Counted from the stretch's first letter, positions 42,109 through 52,232 are shown. The stretch: DNA of 64,000 nucleotides from Pseudomonadota bacterium (GCA_030528565.1 JAUMYP010000002.1:56854-120853); one strand, 5' to 3'. Notes: generated by a model from the letters alone, not told the origin. Translations and numbers: made by a program.

Positions 42109-43218
42109 ATGACCGAACACACCGCCCCGACCGCCGAACTGGACCTTGCCAGCGGACAGCTCAGCCTGCATGGCAGCTGGACGCTGGCGCAGTCTGTCGC
42201 ACTTGAAAAAGCCCTGGCGCAGCTGCACGGTGAAATCCGGACGGTTGATGCGCGCGGCATCAGCGCACTGGACTCGCTGGGGGTTTTGCAGTTGCAGCGT
42301 TTTGCCAGCCAGCATCACCTGCAACGCGAGCAATTCCAGTTTCGCCATGAGCATGAGCCGCTGATTGCAGCGATTGCCGACGTCGCCCACAAGCCGCCCA
42401 GCCCCGTGCGCGACCTGGGCTTCAAGGCGGCGATTGCCCGGCTTGGCTTTGCGGTGGTCGATAATTACCGGGAAATCACCGCCCTGGTGGCGTTTTTTGG
42501 CGAGCTGATGGTCAAGCTGCTGCGCCTTGTGCACCAGCCGCGCCGCCTGCGCATCACCAGCGTGGTGCATCACATGGAACAGGTCGGGCTGGATGCAGTG
42601 CCACTGGTACTGCTGCTGACTTATCTGGTGGGTGCGGTACTGGCATTTCTGGGCGCCAATATCCTGCAAGACTTTGGCGCCACCATTCTGGTGGTGGACC
42701 TGGTGAACATCGCCTTTTTGCGCGAGTTCGGCGTGCTTTTGACCGCCATCTTGCTGGCTGGCCGCACCGCCAGTGCATTTACCGCACAAATTGGCGCGAT
42801 GGTCAGCCGCGAAGAAGTCGATGCCATCCGCACCCTGGGGCTTGACCCGGTTGACTTGCTGGTGATTCCGCGCGTGCTGGCGCTGCTGCTGATGCTGCCC
42901 TTGCTGACCTTCCTGGCGATGATTGCCGGGCTGCTGGGTGGCCTGACAGTAGGCGCGGTCAGCCTGGACATCCCGCCGCAGGCCTATATCACCAAGATTT
43001 ATGAGGGCATCGACATTACCGATTTCTGGGTGGGCATGTCCAAAACCCCGGTATTTGCCCTGGTGATTGCCCTGATTGGCTGTCTGGAAGGTCTGCAAGT
43101 CACCGGCACTGCGCAGTCGGTGGGCGAGCGCACCACCTCCAGCGTGGTGCAGACCATTTCCCTGGTCATCATTTTTGATGCAATCTTTGCGCTGTGGTTC
43201 ATGCACATGGGCTGGTAA
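42109..43218 (+). CDS. MlaE-family ABC permease with N-terminal STAS (MlaB-like) domain
   Basis: N-terminal about 100-aa STAS-like region fused to a YrbE/MlaE permease core. Confidence 0.8.
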   Translation: MTEHTAPTAELDLASGQLSLHGSWTLAQSVALEKALAQLHGEIRTVDARGISALDSLGVLQLQRFASQHHLQREQFQFRHEHEPLIAAIADVAHKPPSPVRDLGFKAAIARLGFAVVDNYREITALVAFFGELMVKLLRLVHQPRRLRITSVVHHMEQVGLDAVPLVLLLTYLVGAVLAFLGANILQDFGATILVVDLVNIAFLREFGVLLTAILLAGRTASAFTAQIGAMVSREEVDAIRTLGLDPVDLLVIPRVLALLLMLPLLTFLAMIAGLLGGLTVGAVSLDIPPQAYITKIYEGIDITDFWVGMSKTPVFALVIALIGCLEGLQVTGTAQSVGERTTSSVVQTISLVIIFDAIFALWFMHMGW

Positions 43219-43221
43219 GGG

Positions 43222-44037
43222 ATGGCAATGCATCAGGACACCCACATCAGCAACGCTGCGCCCATCATCCGGGTGCGCGGCCTTGTCAACCGCTTCGGCG
43301 CGCAAACCGTACATGACGGGCTGGACCTGGATGTGCATCGCGGCGAAATTCTCGGCGTGGTCGGCGGCTCGGGCACCGGCAAGTCGGTGCTGATGCGCTC
43401 AATCATCGGCCTGCGTCGCCCCAATGCCGGCCAGGTGCAGGTGATGGGCATTGATGCGCTCTCGCCCAGCCGCCGCGACCGGCAGCAGGTCAGGCGCAAT
43501 ACCGGCGTGCTGTTTCAGGATGGCGCGCTGTTTTCATCACTCAGCGTCGGTGAAAACATCGAAGTGCCGCTACGCGAGCATTACCCGCAGCTGGACGCTG
43601 AATTGCGTCATGAGCTGGCGCTGCTGAAAACCAGGCTTGCCGGCCTGCCAGCCGAGGCCATCGACAAGCTGCCCTCACAACTTTCCGGCGGCATGCGCAA
43701 GCGCGCCGGGCTTGCCCGCGCACTGGCACTGGACCCGCCGCTGCTGTTCCTGGACGAGCCAACCGCCGGGCTGGACCCCATCGGCGCGGCCGCGTTTGAC
43801 GAACTATTGCTTACCCTCTCCCGCGCACTCGGGCTGACAGTATTTTTGATTACCCACGACCTCGACACGCTGTACGCCATCTGTGACCGCATCGCGGTGC
43901 TGGCGGAGAAGCGCGTCATCATCAATGCGCCACTGGCTGAAGTGGAAAAATTCGACCACCCCTGGGTGCAGGAATATTTTCACGGCCCGCGCGCACGCGC
44001 CGCGCGCGCCACCGCACAGCGTTCAAACAGGGATTGA
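43222..44037 (+). CDS. ABC transporter ATP-binding protein (MlaF-like)
   Basis: Walker A GGSGTGKS, LSGGMRKR signature, Walker B LLFLDEP. Confidence 0.9.
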   Translation: MAMHQDTHISNAAPIIRVRGLVNRFGAQTVHDGLDLDVHRGEILGVVGGSGTGKSVLMRSIIGLRRPNAGQVQVMGIDALSPSRRDRQQVRRNTGVLFQDGALFSSLSVGENIEVPLREHYPQLDAELRHELALLKTRLAGLPAEAIDKLPSQLSGGMRKRAGLARALALDPPLLFLDEPTAGLDPIGAAAFDELLLTLSRALGLTVFLITHDLDTLYAICDRIAVLAEKRVIINAPLAEVEKFDHPWVQEYFHGPRARAARATAQRSNRD

Positions 44038-44966
44038 TTATGGAAACCCGCGCCAATTACGTCTTGATAGGCAGCTTCACCATTTTGGTCATGGCCTTTT
44101 TGTTCGGCTTCATCCTGTGGGCGGCCAAATACTCATCCGATGCCACCTGGGATCGCTACCAGGTGATATTCAACGAGCCGGTCACTGGCCTCAGCGAAGG
44201 CAGCAGCGTGCAGTACAACGGCATTTCGGTCGGGACAGTCGAGCAGCTCAGACTTGACCCCGACGACCCGCGCCGGGTGGTGGCACAGCTCAGGCTCAAA
44301 GACGAAGCGCCAGTGAAGGTCGATACCCGCGCCAAGATGTCGCAGTCCGGCATTGCCGGCAGCCCGTTCATCCAGCTCACCGGCGGCAGCCCCGCTGCGC
44401 CGCGCCTGCGCCCTTCCACGCGCAATGAAATCCCGATCATCCTGACCGAGCCTTCTGCACTGCAAAACATCGCCGATACCGCCAATAAGCTGGTGGCACG
44501 ACTTGACAAGGCACTCAGCGAAGAAAACATCGCGCACATCTCCGAAACCCTGGAAAACCTGCGCGCCACCACTGCCAGCATCAGTGAGCAACGTGATGAC
44601 ATCGAAAAGCTCATCAGCAATGCCCGGCTGGCCAGCGATGAGCTGCGCGCCATGCTGGCGCAGGTGAATGGTTCGGTGGAGAAGGTCGACCGCGAGGTGC
44701 TGGCGCGGCTGCCGGCCACCATGGACAAACTCGATGCCGCCATCGCCTCGTTCGAGGCCGCTGGCCACAACGCCAATGCACTGGTATCGGAAAACCGCGC
44801 GCCCATCAACCAGTTCACCCGTGATGGCCTGCAACAACTCGGCCCGACACTGGGCGAGCTGCGCATGCTGATGCGTGATTTGCGCCAGGTCACCGACCGG
44901 CTGGACAGCAACCCGGCAGGCTATCTGCTGGGCCGTGAGCAACCCAAGGAGTTCACCCCGAAATGA
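44034..44966 (+). CDS. MCE-domain substrate-binding protein (MlaD/PqiB-like)
   Basis: N-terminal TM plus MCE domain (VTGLSEGSSVQYNGISVGTVEQL). Confidence 0.85.
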   Translation: MIMETRANYVLIGSFTILVMAFLFGFILWAAKYSSDATWDRYQVIFNEPVTGLSEGSSVQYNGISVGTVEQLRLDPDDPRRVVAQLRLKDEAPVKVDTRAKMSQSGIAGSPFIQLTGGSPAAPRLRPSTRNEIPIILTEPSALQNIADTANKLVARLDKALSEENIAHISETLENLRATTASISEQRDDIEKLISNARLASDELRAMLAQVNGSVEKVDREVLARLPATMDKLDAAIASFEAAGHNANALVSENRAPINQFTRDGLQQLGPTLGELRMLMRDLRQVTDRLDSNPAGYLLGREQPKEFTPK

Positions 44967-45580
44967 ACAACCCAATCCCTGCACGCGCATTATCGCTATT
45001 GCTGCTGGCGGCGCTGGCCGGCTGCGGCGTGCTGCCCCAGAAAAACGAAATCAGCCTGCATGACCCGCAACCTGTGGTGCAGTCAGATGCGGCCTGGCCA
45101 CAGGTGGCTGCCCAGCTTGTCGTGCAGCGCCCGCTTGCCAGCCGCATACTCGATGGCAACCGCATCGTGGTACGCCCGCAACCGGGCGAGCTGCAAGTCT
45201 ATCGCGGCGCCAGCTGGGTGCAGCCTGCCCCGGACATGCTGCAAACCGCGCTGGTGCGCGCGCTGGCGCATAGCGGCAAACTCGATGGCGTGGCGCGACG
45301 TGGCGGCAGCATTGCCGGGCAGTACGAGCTGGCGCTGGAACTGCACCGCTTCGAGGCCGACTACAGCAGCGGCGGCAATCCCCACGCCAAACTGGAAGTC
45401 TCCGCGCAGCTGATTCGTACCGACCGCAACCAAATCCTTGCCCACCGGGTTTTTCATGCCGAAAGTCCGGCTAGCGGCGTGAATGCTGCGGAAGTTTCGC
45501 ACGCCTTCGAGCAGGCGCTTGCAAAAGTGACCCATGAAATTTCCGGCTGGTCACTGCAAACCCTGCATCGCCAGCCCTGA
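44963..45580 (+). CDS. ABC-type transport auxiliary lipoprotein (DUF330)
   Basis: Lipoprotein signal LLLAALAGCG. Confidence 0.7.
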   Translation: MNNPIPARALSLLLLAALAGCGVLPQKNEISLHDPQPVVQSDAAWPQVAAQLVVQRPLASRILDGNRIVVRPQPGELQVYRGASWVQPAPDMLQTALVRALAHSGKLDGVARRGGSIAGQYELALELHRFEADYSSGGNPHAKLEVSAQLIRTDRNQILAHRVFHAESPASGVNAAEVSHAFEQALAKVTHEISGWSLQTLHRQP

Positions 45581-45635
45581 TTTGCCCCCCTGCCGCTAAA
45601 CCCGGACAATTCGCGCCTGTACCGAAGGAGCCACG

Positions 45636-47264
45636 ATGAACCACATCCAGCCAGAAATCGAACGCGACGTCATGGAATATGACGTTGTGACCGTCGGTGC
45701 AGGGCCCTCCGGCCTTGCCTTTGCCATTCGCCTGAAACAGCTGAACCCTGAGCTTTCGGTGTGCATCATCGAAAAAGGCAGCACCGTCGGCGCGCATATC
45801 CTCTCCGGCGCGGTGATTGAGCCGGAGCCGCTGGATGCGCTCCTGCCCGGCTGGCGCGACAACCCGCCGCCGGTATGCGTGCCGGCGCGCGAGGACGAAT
45901 TCTGGCTGCTGTCCAGAACCGGCCAGCGCAAGCTGCCGCTGCCGCCGGGCATGAACAACCACGGCAACTTCATCGTCTCGCTCGGCGGCCTGTGCGCCTG
46001 GCTGGCGCCGCAGGCCGAAGCCCTGGGGGTGGAAATCTTCCCCGGCTTTGCCGCTGCCGAAACCCTGCACGATGACAGCGGCCGGGTGATTGGCGTGCGC
46101 ATCGGCGACATGGGCGTGGCCAAGGACGGAACCCCCAAGGACAGCTATACCCCCGGCATCGACATCCACGCCAAGGTCACGGTGCTGGCCGAAGGCGCGC
46201 GCGGACACCTCAGCAAACGCCTTATCAAGCGTTTTGGCCTGGATAAAGACAGCGACCCGCAGACTTATTCCATCGGCATCAAAGAACTGTGGCAGGTGGA
46301 CGAATCACGGGTTTCCCCCGGAAAAATCGTGCATACCCTGGGCTGGCCGGCCGACAGCCATATCTATGGCGGCAGCTTCCTGTATCACCTGGAAGGCGGG
46401 CGCATTGCGCTTGGCTATGTCAGCGGGCTGGACTACCGCGACCCGCATTACCGGCCCTGGGAAGCCTTCCAGCAGTGGAAGGCGCATCCGATGATTGCGC
46501 CCTTGCTGGAAGGCGGCAGCATCGTCTCCGCCGGCGCCCGCGCCATCGTCACCGGCGGCTGGCAATCGCTGCCGAAAGTGGAAATGCCGGGCGCACTGCT
46601 GATTGGCGATACCGCTGGCCTGCTCAATGTGCCCAAGGTCAAGGGCACCCACCAGGCAGTCCGCAGCGGCATGCTGGCCGCCGAGCATCTGGCTGCCAAT
46701 GCGCTCTCCAGCACCGGCTTTGATGCGCGGCTGCGCGATTCGGCGGTGATGGCCGAACTCAAGAAAGTGCGCAATATCAAGCCCGGCTTCAAGAAGGGGC
46801 TGTGGTTCGGCATGCTCAATGCCGGCTGGGAAACCGTCACCGGCGGCGCCTCGCCGTGGACGCTGGCGCAGACCGCCGACCACGCCGCGCTGCGCAAGGT
46901 CGGCGAAGCCCCGGCTGTGGACTACGACTATGTCGAGCGCAGCCTGCCGCCGCGCGACCGCCTGCAAGGCGTGTTCTATGCCGCCACCTCGCATGACGAA
47001 GACCAGCCGGTGCATCTGCAGATGCTCGAACCCGACCTGTGCGCCACCCGCTGCCTGGAGGAATACGACAACCCCTGCACCCGCTACTGCCCGGCCTCGG
47101 TCTATGAGATGGTCGATGATGCCAGCCAGCCGCACGGCAAACGCCTGCAAATCAATGCCGCCAACTGCGTGCACTGCAAGACCTGCGACATCAAGGACCC
47201 GTACCAGAACATCAACTGGGTCACTCCCGAGGGCGGCAGCGGGCCGAATTACCAGGGCATGTGA
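45636..47264 (+). CDS. electron transfer flavoprotein-ubiquinone oxidoreductase
   Basis: FAD motif DVVTVGAGPSGL plus C-terminal 4Fe-4S CVHCKTCDIKDP. Confidence 0.93.
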   Translation: MNHIQPEIERDVMEYDVVTVGAGPSGLAFAIRLKQLNPELSVCIIEKGSTVGAHILSGAVIEPEPLDALLPGWRDNPPPVCVPAREDEFWLLSRTGQRKLPLPPGMNNHGNFIVSLGGLCAWLAPQAEALGVEIFPGFAAAETLHDDSGRVIGVRIGDMGVAKDGTPKDSYTPGIDIHAKVTVLAEGARGHLSKRLIKRFGLDKDSDPQTYSIGIKELWQVDESRVSPGKIVHTLGWPADSHIYGGSFLYHLEGGRIALGYVSGLDYRDPHYRPWEAFQQWKAHPMIAPLLEGGSIVSAGARAIVTGGWQSLPKVEMPGALLIGDTAGLLNVPKVKGTHQAVRSGMLAAEHLAANALSSTGFDARLRDSAVMAELKKVRNIKPGFKKGLWFGMLNAGWETVTGGASPWTLAQTADHAALRKVGEAPAVDYDYVERSLPPRDRLQGVFYAATSHDEDQPVHLQMLEPDLCATRCLEEYDNPCTRYCPASVYEMVDDASQPHGKRLQINAANCVHCKTCDIKDPYQNINWVTPEGGSGPNYQGM

Positions 47265-49312
47265 TGGACGCGCAACAGGTGAATTCCGGTGCGCGTGATG
47301 CGGCGTTCCGCCTGCTGCGCGCCGGTTTTCGCCTGCTGCCGCTGTCCGAGCTGCGCCGCGATGCGCTGCGGCAATGGTTCCTGCAACGCTTCCCCGGTAT
47401 CCGCCCGGCCAGCCAGCCGCTGATTATCGGCAGCGCGCCCGGCCAGCGCCGCGCCCTGCAAGCGGCCGGCAGCCGGGCACTCGGCTACCGCGAGGACAGC
47501 CCCCCCGCACTACCCGCCCCCCTGCCAGCGCGGCTGGTGGCGTTCTACCTGCCGCAATTCCACCCGCTGGCCGAAAACGATACCGCCTGGGGCGCGGGCT
47601 ATACCGAATGGCGCGCCGTCAGCCGCGCCCTGCCACAGTTCGAAGGTCATGTGCAGCCGCGCCTGCCCGGCGCACTGGGCTTTTACGACCTGCGCCTGCC
47701 GGATGTGCTGCGCCAGCAGGCGGCGCTGGCCCGGCGTTACGGCATCAGCGCGTTTTGCAGCTATTTCTACTGGTTTCATGGCCGCACCGTGCTGGAAACC
47801 CCGCTGCGGCACTGGCTGGACAATCCGGACATCGACTTTCCGCTTTGCCTGTGCTGGGCCAATGAACCCTGGACGCGCACCTGGGATGGCAGCGCCGAGC
47901 AGGTACTGATTGCCCAGGCGCACGATGCCGAGGACGACCTGGCCTTTATCGCCCATGTGGCCGACTATCTGCGCGATGCGCGCTATCTGCGCGTCGATGG
48001 CAAGCCAGTGTTGTTGGTGTACCGCCCCGGCAAACTTCCCGATGCCCGCGCCACCGCCGGACGCTGGCGCCACTGGTGCCGCGACCACGGCATCGGCGAG
48101 ATTTACCTGGCCTATACCCAATCCTTCGAACGCCCCGACCCGCGCGATATCGGCTTTGATGCGGCGGTGGAGTTTCCGCCCAATCTGGTTGCGGCCACGA
48201 GCTTGAACGCCACCCAGCAGGCACTGAACCCGGCCTATCAGGGCAGCCTGCTGGACTGGCGCGAGCTGCCACCGCATTACCTTGGCAAACCGGCCAGCCC
48301 CTACCCGCTGCATCGCGCGGTGAACTGCGGCTGGGACAACGAACCGCGCCGCCCCGGACATGGACGCACCTGGCTGCATGCCGCCCCGCGCCGCTACCGC
48401 GACTGGCTGCGCGATGCCATCGCGCTATCGCCCCGCCACGGCACTGAGCCACCGCTGCTGTTCATCAATGCCTGGAACGAATGGGGCGAAGGCGCAGTGC
48501 TGGAGCCGGACAGCCGCCTGGGTCATGCCTGGCTCGCCGCCACCGCCGAGGCGCTGCGACCGCCACCGCCCAAGCCCGCCCGCCCCTGCGTGCTGATTCA
48601 CGCCTTCTACCCGGAAGTACTGGCGGAAATCCTCGATGTGCTGGCAAAGAGTGCATTGCAGGCGCGCCTTGTGATTACCACCGTGCCGGAAAAGTCCGCG
48701 GCCATCCGCCGCATGCTGACACAGCGCAGCCTGCAGGCCGAGGTGCATGTTGCCGAAAACCGTGGCCGCGACATCCTGCCGTTCCTGCAGCTTGCCAACC
48801 AACTGCTGGACGAGGGCGAGGACATCGTGCTGAAGCTGCATACCAAACGCTCCACCCATCGCGGTGATGGCGATGCCTGGCGACGCGAATTCACCGATGC
48901 ACTGCTGGGCGAGAACAGCGCCGCCATCCTGGCCGCCTTCGATGCCGACCCCAGGCTCGGCCTGCTCGCTCCGGCCAACCATCTGCAACCGATGCACTAT
49001 TACTGGGGCGCAAACGCGGCCAATGTCGATTACCTCTGCCGCCGCCTCGGGCTTGCCAGCGCCGATACCGAAAACGAACTATTCGCCGCCGGCAGCATGT
49101 ACTGGCTGCGGTTGGAAGCCCTGCGGCCACTGCTGGATGCGCATCTTGAGGAATGGGAGTTCGAGGCCGAGGCCGGACAAGTCGATGGCACCCTCGCCCA
49201 CGCCATCGAACGCATCGTGCTCAAAACCGTTCACGCCGCCGGTTACAGCCACCGCGCCTGGCCCGAGGATGACCAGAGCGACCTGCCCTACCGCTACGCC
49301 CGGCGTGATTGA
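47264..49312 (+). CDS. polysaccharide biosynthesis protein, WbsX-like domain fused to rhamnan-synthesis RgpF domain
   Basis: N-terminal WbsX/GH99-like domain (LPQFHPLAENDTAWGAGYTEWR...NAWNEWGEG) and C-terminal RgpF-like domain. Start GTG 47261 or ATG 47264 overlaps the ETF-QO stop. Confidence 0.7.
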   Translation: MDAQQVNSGARDAAFRLLRAGFRLLPLSELRRDALRQWFLQRFPGIRPASQPLIIGSAPGQRRALQAAGSRALGYREDSPPALPAPLPARLVAFYLPQFHPLAENDTAWGAGYTEWRAVSRALPQFEGHVQPRLPGALGFYDLRLPDVLRQQAALARRYGISAFCSYFYWFHGRTVLETPLRHWLDNPDIDFPLCLCWANEPWTRTWDGSAEQVLIAQAHDAEDDLAFIAHVADYLRDARYLRVDGKPVLLVYRPGKLPDARATAGRWRHWCRDHGIGEIYLAYTQSFERPDPRDIGFDAAVEFPPNLVAATSLNATQQALNPAYQGSLLDWRELPPHYLGKPASPYPLHRAVNCGWDNEPRRPGHGRTWLHAAPRRYRDWLRDAIALSPRHGTEPPLLFINAWNEWGEGAVLEPDSRLGHAWLAATAEALRPPPPKPARPCVLIHAFYPEVLAEILDVLAKSALQARLVITTVPEKSAAIRRMLTQRSLQAEVHVAENRGRDILPFLQLANQLLDEGEDIVLKLHTKRSTHRGDGDAWRREFTDALLGENSAAILAAFDADPRLGLLAPANHLQPMHYYWGANAANVDYLCRRLGLASADTENELFAAGSMYWLRLEALRPLLDAHLEEWEFEAEAGQVDGTLAHAIERIVLKTVHAAGYSHRAWPEDDQSDLPYRYARRD

Positions 49313-49417
49313 GCCACTACAGAAAGCCCCCGACATAGCCCCTAGCGTCTGCTTCTGCCAAGGCACCGGCTCTCCAAAACCGCAAATAATGGCAAACCGT
49401 GCCCCTCATGCCTTGCC

Positions 49418-49750
49418 TTATTTTGGGCAAAAAACCTCGTGCAGCGTCTGCAAAAGCCGCAGCGCCTCCGCGCTCGCTATCGCGTAGTGGATGTGCTTGC
49501 CCTCTCGGCGGGTGCTGACCAGTCCTTCGTTGCGCAGCACGGCCAGCTGTTGCGACAGGGTCGGCTGGCGAATCTGCAACGCCGCCTCCAGCGCCCCGAC
49601 CGTGGACTCGCCTTGCGAGAGCTGGCACAGCAGCATCAGCCGGTCGTGATTGGCCAATGCTTTCAGCAAGACCAGGGCTGCCTCAGCCCCGGCGCGCATC
49701 TGCTCGGGTGCAATCTGGGCGGCTGCTGGGGATGGCAGGGCGTGCGTCAT
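49418..49750 (-). CDS. ArsR/SmtB family transcriptional regulator
   Basis: HTH region ...LANHDRLMLLCQLSQGESTVGALEAAL... Confidence 0.85.
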   Translation of the reverse strand: MTHALPSPAAAQIAPEQMRAGAEAALVLLKALANHDRLMLLCQLSQGESTVGALEAALQIRQPTLSQQLAVLRNEGLVSTRREGKHIHYAIASAEALRLLQTLHEVFCPK

Positions 49751-49776
49751 GGCATTGCAAACAATTTACTTGAAAA

Positions 49777-49785
49777 TATAATATA
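49777..49785. promoter_or_regulatory. perfect palindrome TATAATATA in the divergent ArsR/AhpD-like promoter region
   Basis: Lies in an AT-rich 67-nt divergent intergenic region. Candidate ArsR-type operator overlapping a -10 element. Confidence 0.35.
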
Positions 49786-49817
49786 AAATCATGTATTCAA
49801 TCACAAGCGAGGTTCAC

Positions 49818-50180
49818 ATGAGCAAGAGCTACAAAGAAATCATCGGCCACACCTCCTCCTGGCTGGCGCCGCTGCGCCGCGACATCCCCGCCACCACCCA
49901 GGGCTTCTCGGCGCTGGCACAGGCAGCCATTTCCGATGGCGTGCTGGACAAGAAAACCAAGGAGCTGATTGCCATGGCGCTGGCCGTGGCCTCGCGCTGC
50001 GACCCCTGCCTTGGCTATCACGCCCAGGCGCTGGTAAAACTCGGTTGCAGCCGCGCCGAACTGGAAGAAATGCTCTCGGTATGCGTGTACATGGGCGGCG
50101 GCCCCTCGCTGATGTATGCTGCCAACGCACTGGCCGCCTATGAAGAATTCGGCGGCGAAAAAGCCACTGCCAACAACTGA
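49818..50180 (+). CDS. carboxymuconolactone decarboxylase family protein (AhpD-like, CxxC)
   Basis: RCDPCLGYH, i.e. a C-x-x-C-x-x-x-H AhpD-core motif. Confidence 0.8.
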   Translation: MSKSYKEIIGHTSSWLAPLRRDIPATTQGFSALAQAAISDGVLDKKTKELIAMALAVASRCDPCLGYHAQALVKLGCSRAELEEMLSVCVYMGGGPSLMYAANALAAYEEFGGEKATANN

Positions 50181-50196
50181 TTCGGAGGTATTCATC

Positions 50197-50391
50197 ATGA
50201 AGTTCAATGTCGGCGGCATCGACCGCCTGCTGCGCATCGTGCTCGGTCTGGCGCTGATTGGCCTGACCCTCACCGGCCATATCGGCGTCTGGGGCTGGCT
50301 TGGCCTGTTGCCACTCATCACCGGCCTGGTACGCTTCTGCCCGGCCTATCTGCCGTTCGGCCTCAGCACCTGCAAGCACAAGCCGAAGTAA
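50197..50391 (+). CDS. DUF2892 (YgaP-like) small membrane protein
   Basis: 64 aa, MKFNVGGIDRLLRIVLGLALIGL..., two TM helices. Confidence 0.65.
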   Translation: MKFNVGGIDRLLRIVLGLALIGLTLTGHIGVWGWLGLLPLITGLVRFCPAYLPFGLSTCKHKPK

Positions 50392-50433
50392 AACCGGGTA
50401 TGGGGAAACACCTCCCCTGTCCCCTGATATGAC

Positions 50434-50466
50434 AAACGCCGGGCACACCCGGCGTTTGTTGTTTGT
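50434..50466 (+). terminator. rho-independent terminator after the DUF2892 gene
   Basis: aaacgccggg-caca-cccggcguuu followed by guuguuugu. Confidence 0.65.
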
Positions 50467-50515
50467 CCCAAGCGCAAAGGCGCACGGCTTGCATGCGCCT
50501 TGCCGCATCAAGCCC

Positions 50516-51142
50516 TCACAGCAGCGGCACGCCGGTTTTTTCGCGCACTTCGGCCTCGCTCACGCCTTCGGCCAGTTCCACCAGCACAAGGCCCGCTGCG
50601 CTGACATCAAATACACCAAGGTCGGTGATGATGCGGTTGACCACGCCCACACCGGTCAGCGGCAGGGTGCATTCGGGCAGGATTTTCGGGCTGCCACTCT
50701 TGGTGGTGTGCTCCATCAGCACCACCACGCGCTTGACCCCGGCTACCAAGTCCATCGCCCCGCCCATGCCCTTGACCATCTTGCCCGGCACCATCCAGTT
50801 GGCCAGGTCGCCCTTGCCGGTAACTTCCATTGCGCCGAGGATGGCAAGGTCGATATGCCCGCCGCGAATCATCGCAAAGCTGTCATGGCTGCCGAAATAG
50901 CTGGCACCGGCCACCGCGGTGACGGTCTGCTTGCCGGCATTGATAAGGTCGGCATCGACTTCCGCCTCGGTCGGGAACGGGCCGATGCCGAGCAGGCCGT
51001 TTTCGCTTTGCAGCCAGACTTCCATGCCTGCGGGGATGTAATTGGCCACCAGGGTCGGCAGGCCGATGCCAAGGTTGACATAGGCGCCGTCGCTCAATTC
51101 TTGGGCGGCGCGTTGCGCCATCTGCTCACGCGTCCAGGCCAT
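50516..51142 (-). CDS. 3-oxoacid CoA-transferase subunit B
   Basis: [30 protein letters not shown]... The 367-aa track ORF is a frame artefact extending into scoA. Confidence 0.88.
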   Translation of the reverse strand: MAWTREQMAQRAAQELSDGAYVNLGIGLPTLVANYIPAGMEVWLQSENGLLGIGPFPTEAEVDADLINAGKQTVTAVAGASYFGSHDSFAMIRGGHIDLAILGAMEVTGKGDLANWMVPGKMVKGMGGAMDLVAGVKRVVVLMEHTTKSGSPKILPECTLPLTGVGVVNRIITDLGVFDVSAAGLVLVELAEGVSEAEVREKTGVPLL

Positions 51143-51143
51143 C

Positions 51144-51866
51144 TCAGTTACCTCCTTCGCTGCGCACGGTGCGCTGTTCGATGCGTTTTTCCGGGCTGGC
51201 ATTGACCACGATGCGGTCAACATAAATGCCGGGCAGATGTACCTGGTCGGGGTCGAGCTGGCCGGTTTCCACCAGTTCCTCCACTTCCGCGATGCACACC
51301 TCGCCCGCCATGGCACAGGCCGGGTTGAAGTTGCGCGCGGTCTTGCGGAACACGAGGTTCCCGGCCTTGTCGGCCTTCCAGGCCTTGACCAGCGACACAT
51401 CGGCACGCAGCGCGGTTTCCAGCACATAGTGCTTGCCGTCGAATTCGCGGGTTTCCTTGCCCTCGGCCACCACGGTGCCATAGCCGGTGGCGGTGAAGAA
51501 CGCCGGGATGCCAGCGCCACCTGCGCGCAGGCGCTCGGCCAGGGTGCCCTGCGGGTTGAATTCCAGCTCCAGCTCGCCAGAGAGGAACTGGCGCTCGAAC
51601 TCCTTGTTCTCGCCCACATAGGAGGAAATCATTTTCCTGATTTGCCGGGTTTCCAGCAGCAGGCCAAGGCCAAAGCCATCGACCCCGGCGTTATTGGAAA
51701 TCGCGGTCAGCCCTTTCACGCCGGAATCGCGCAGCGCCGCAATCAGGGCTTCGGGAATGCCGCACAGGCCAAACCCGCCCACGGCGAGCGTTTGCCCATC
51801 GGCCACCACATCGGCCAAGGCAGCCTTGGCATCGGGATACAGCTTGCTTCGACTCATCGGGAACAC
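51144..51866 (-). CDS. 3-oxoacid CoA-transferase subunit A
   Basis: ...[19 protein letters not shown]..., CoA-transferase family I. Confidence 0.88.
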   Translation of the reverse strand: MFPMSRSKLYPDAKAALADVVADGQTLAVGGFGLCGIPEALIAALRDSGVKGLTAISNNAGVDGFGLGLLLETRQIRKMISSYVGENKEFERQFLSGELELEFNPQGTLAERLRAGGAGIPAFFTATGYGTVVAEGKETREFDGKHYVLETALRADVSLVKAWKADKAGNLVFRKTARNFNPACAMAGEVCIAEVEELVETGQLDPDQVHLPGIYVDRIVVNASPEKRIEQRTVRSEGGN

Positions 51867-52232
51867 CTTGCTGGGAACTGCGCCAAGTTTAGCCGCCCAG
51901 CGGCAGAAACTGCACTGTACGTTTGTATTTGGAGCTTTGGAATGGCGCCATTACGGCCTCCCCTGCAGCAAGAGCCACGGGGAAGCGCTTGCTTTGAAGC
52001 AAGCGTGGATATTGTTGCGTCTTCAACATCGAAATATGCGCCCGGCAACGCACTCACTTTCTTTTGTGGACAAAATGACGCGTCTTGCGCCGCAAAATTC
52101 CTCGTGCAGAACAGACCGGAAAGTTAAGAACAAAAGCACCGAGTCCTTATCTTCTCCAAGCTAGCGGCAGCTGGAAGTACATTGCCATCAGCACAAATAA
52201 ACGTCTCTAACAATTCCAATCAGGACGCAGCT

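Noticed and set aside
42049-43338. 429-aa minus-strand ORF
   Set aside because: Antisense to the STAS-MlaE permease and ATPase genes; His/Gln/Gly-rich nonsense.
50516-51619. 367-aa minus-strand ORF
   Set aside because: Only the C-terminal about 209 aa (from MAWTREQ, start 51142) are the CoA-transferase B subunit. The N-terminal part is an out-of-frame overlap of the scoA 3' region.
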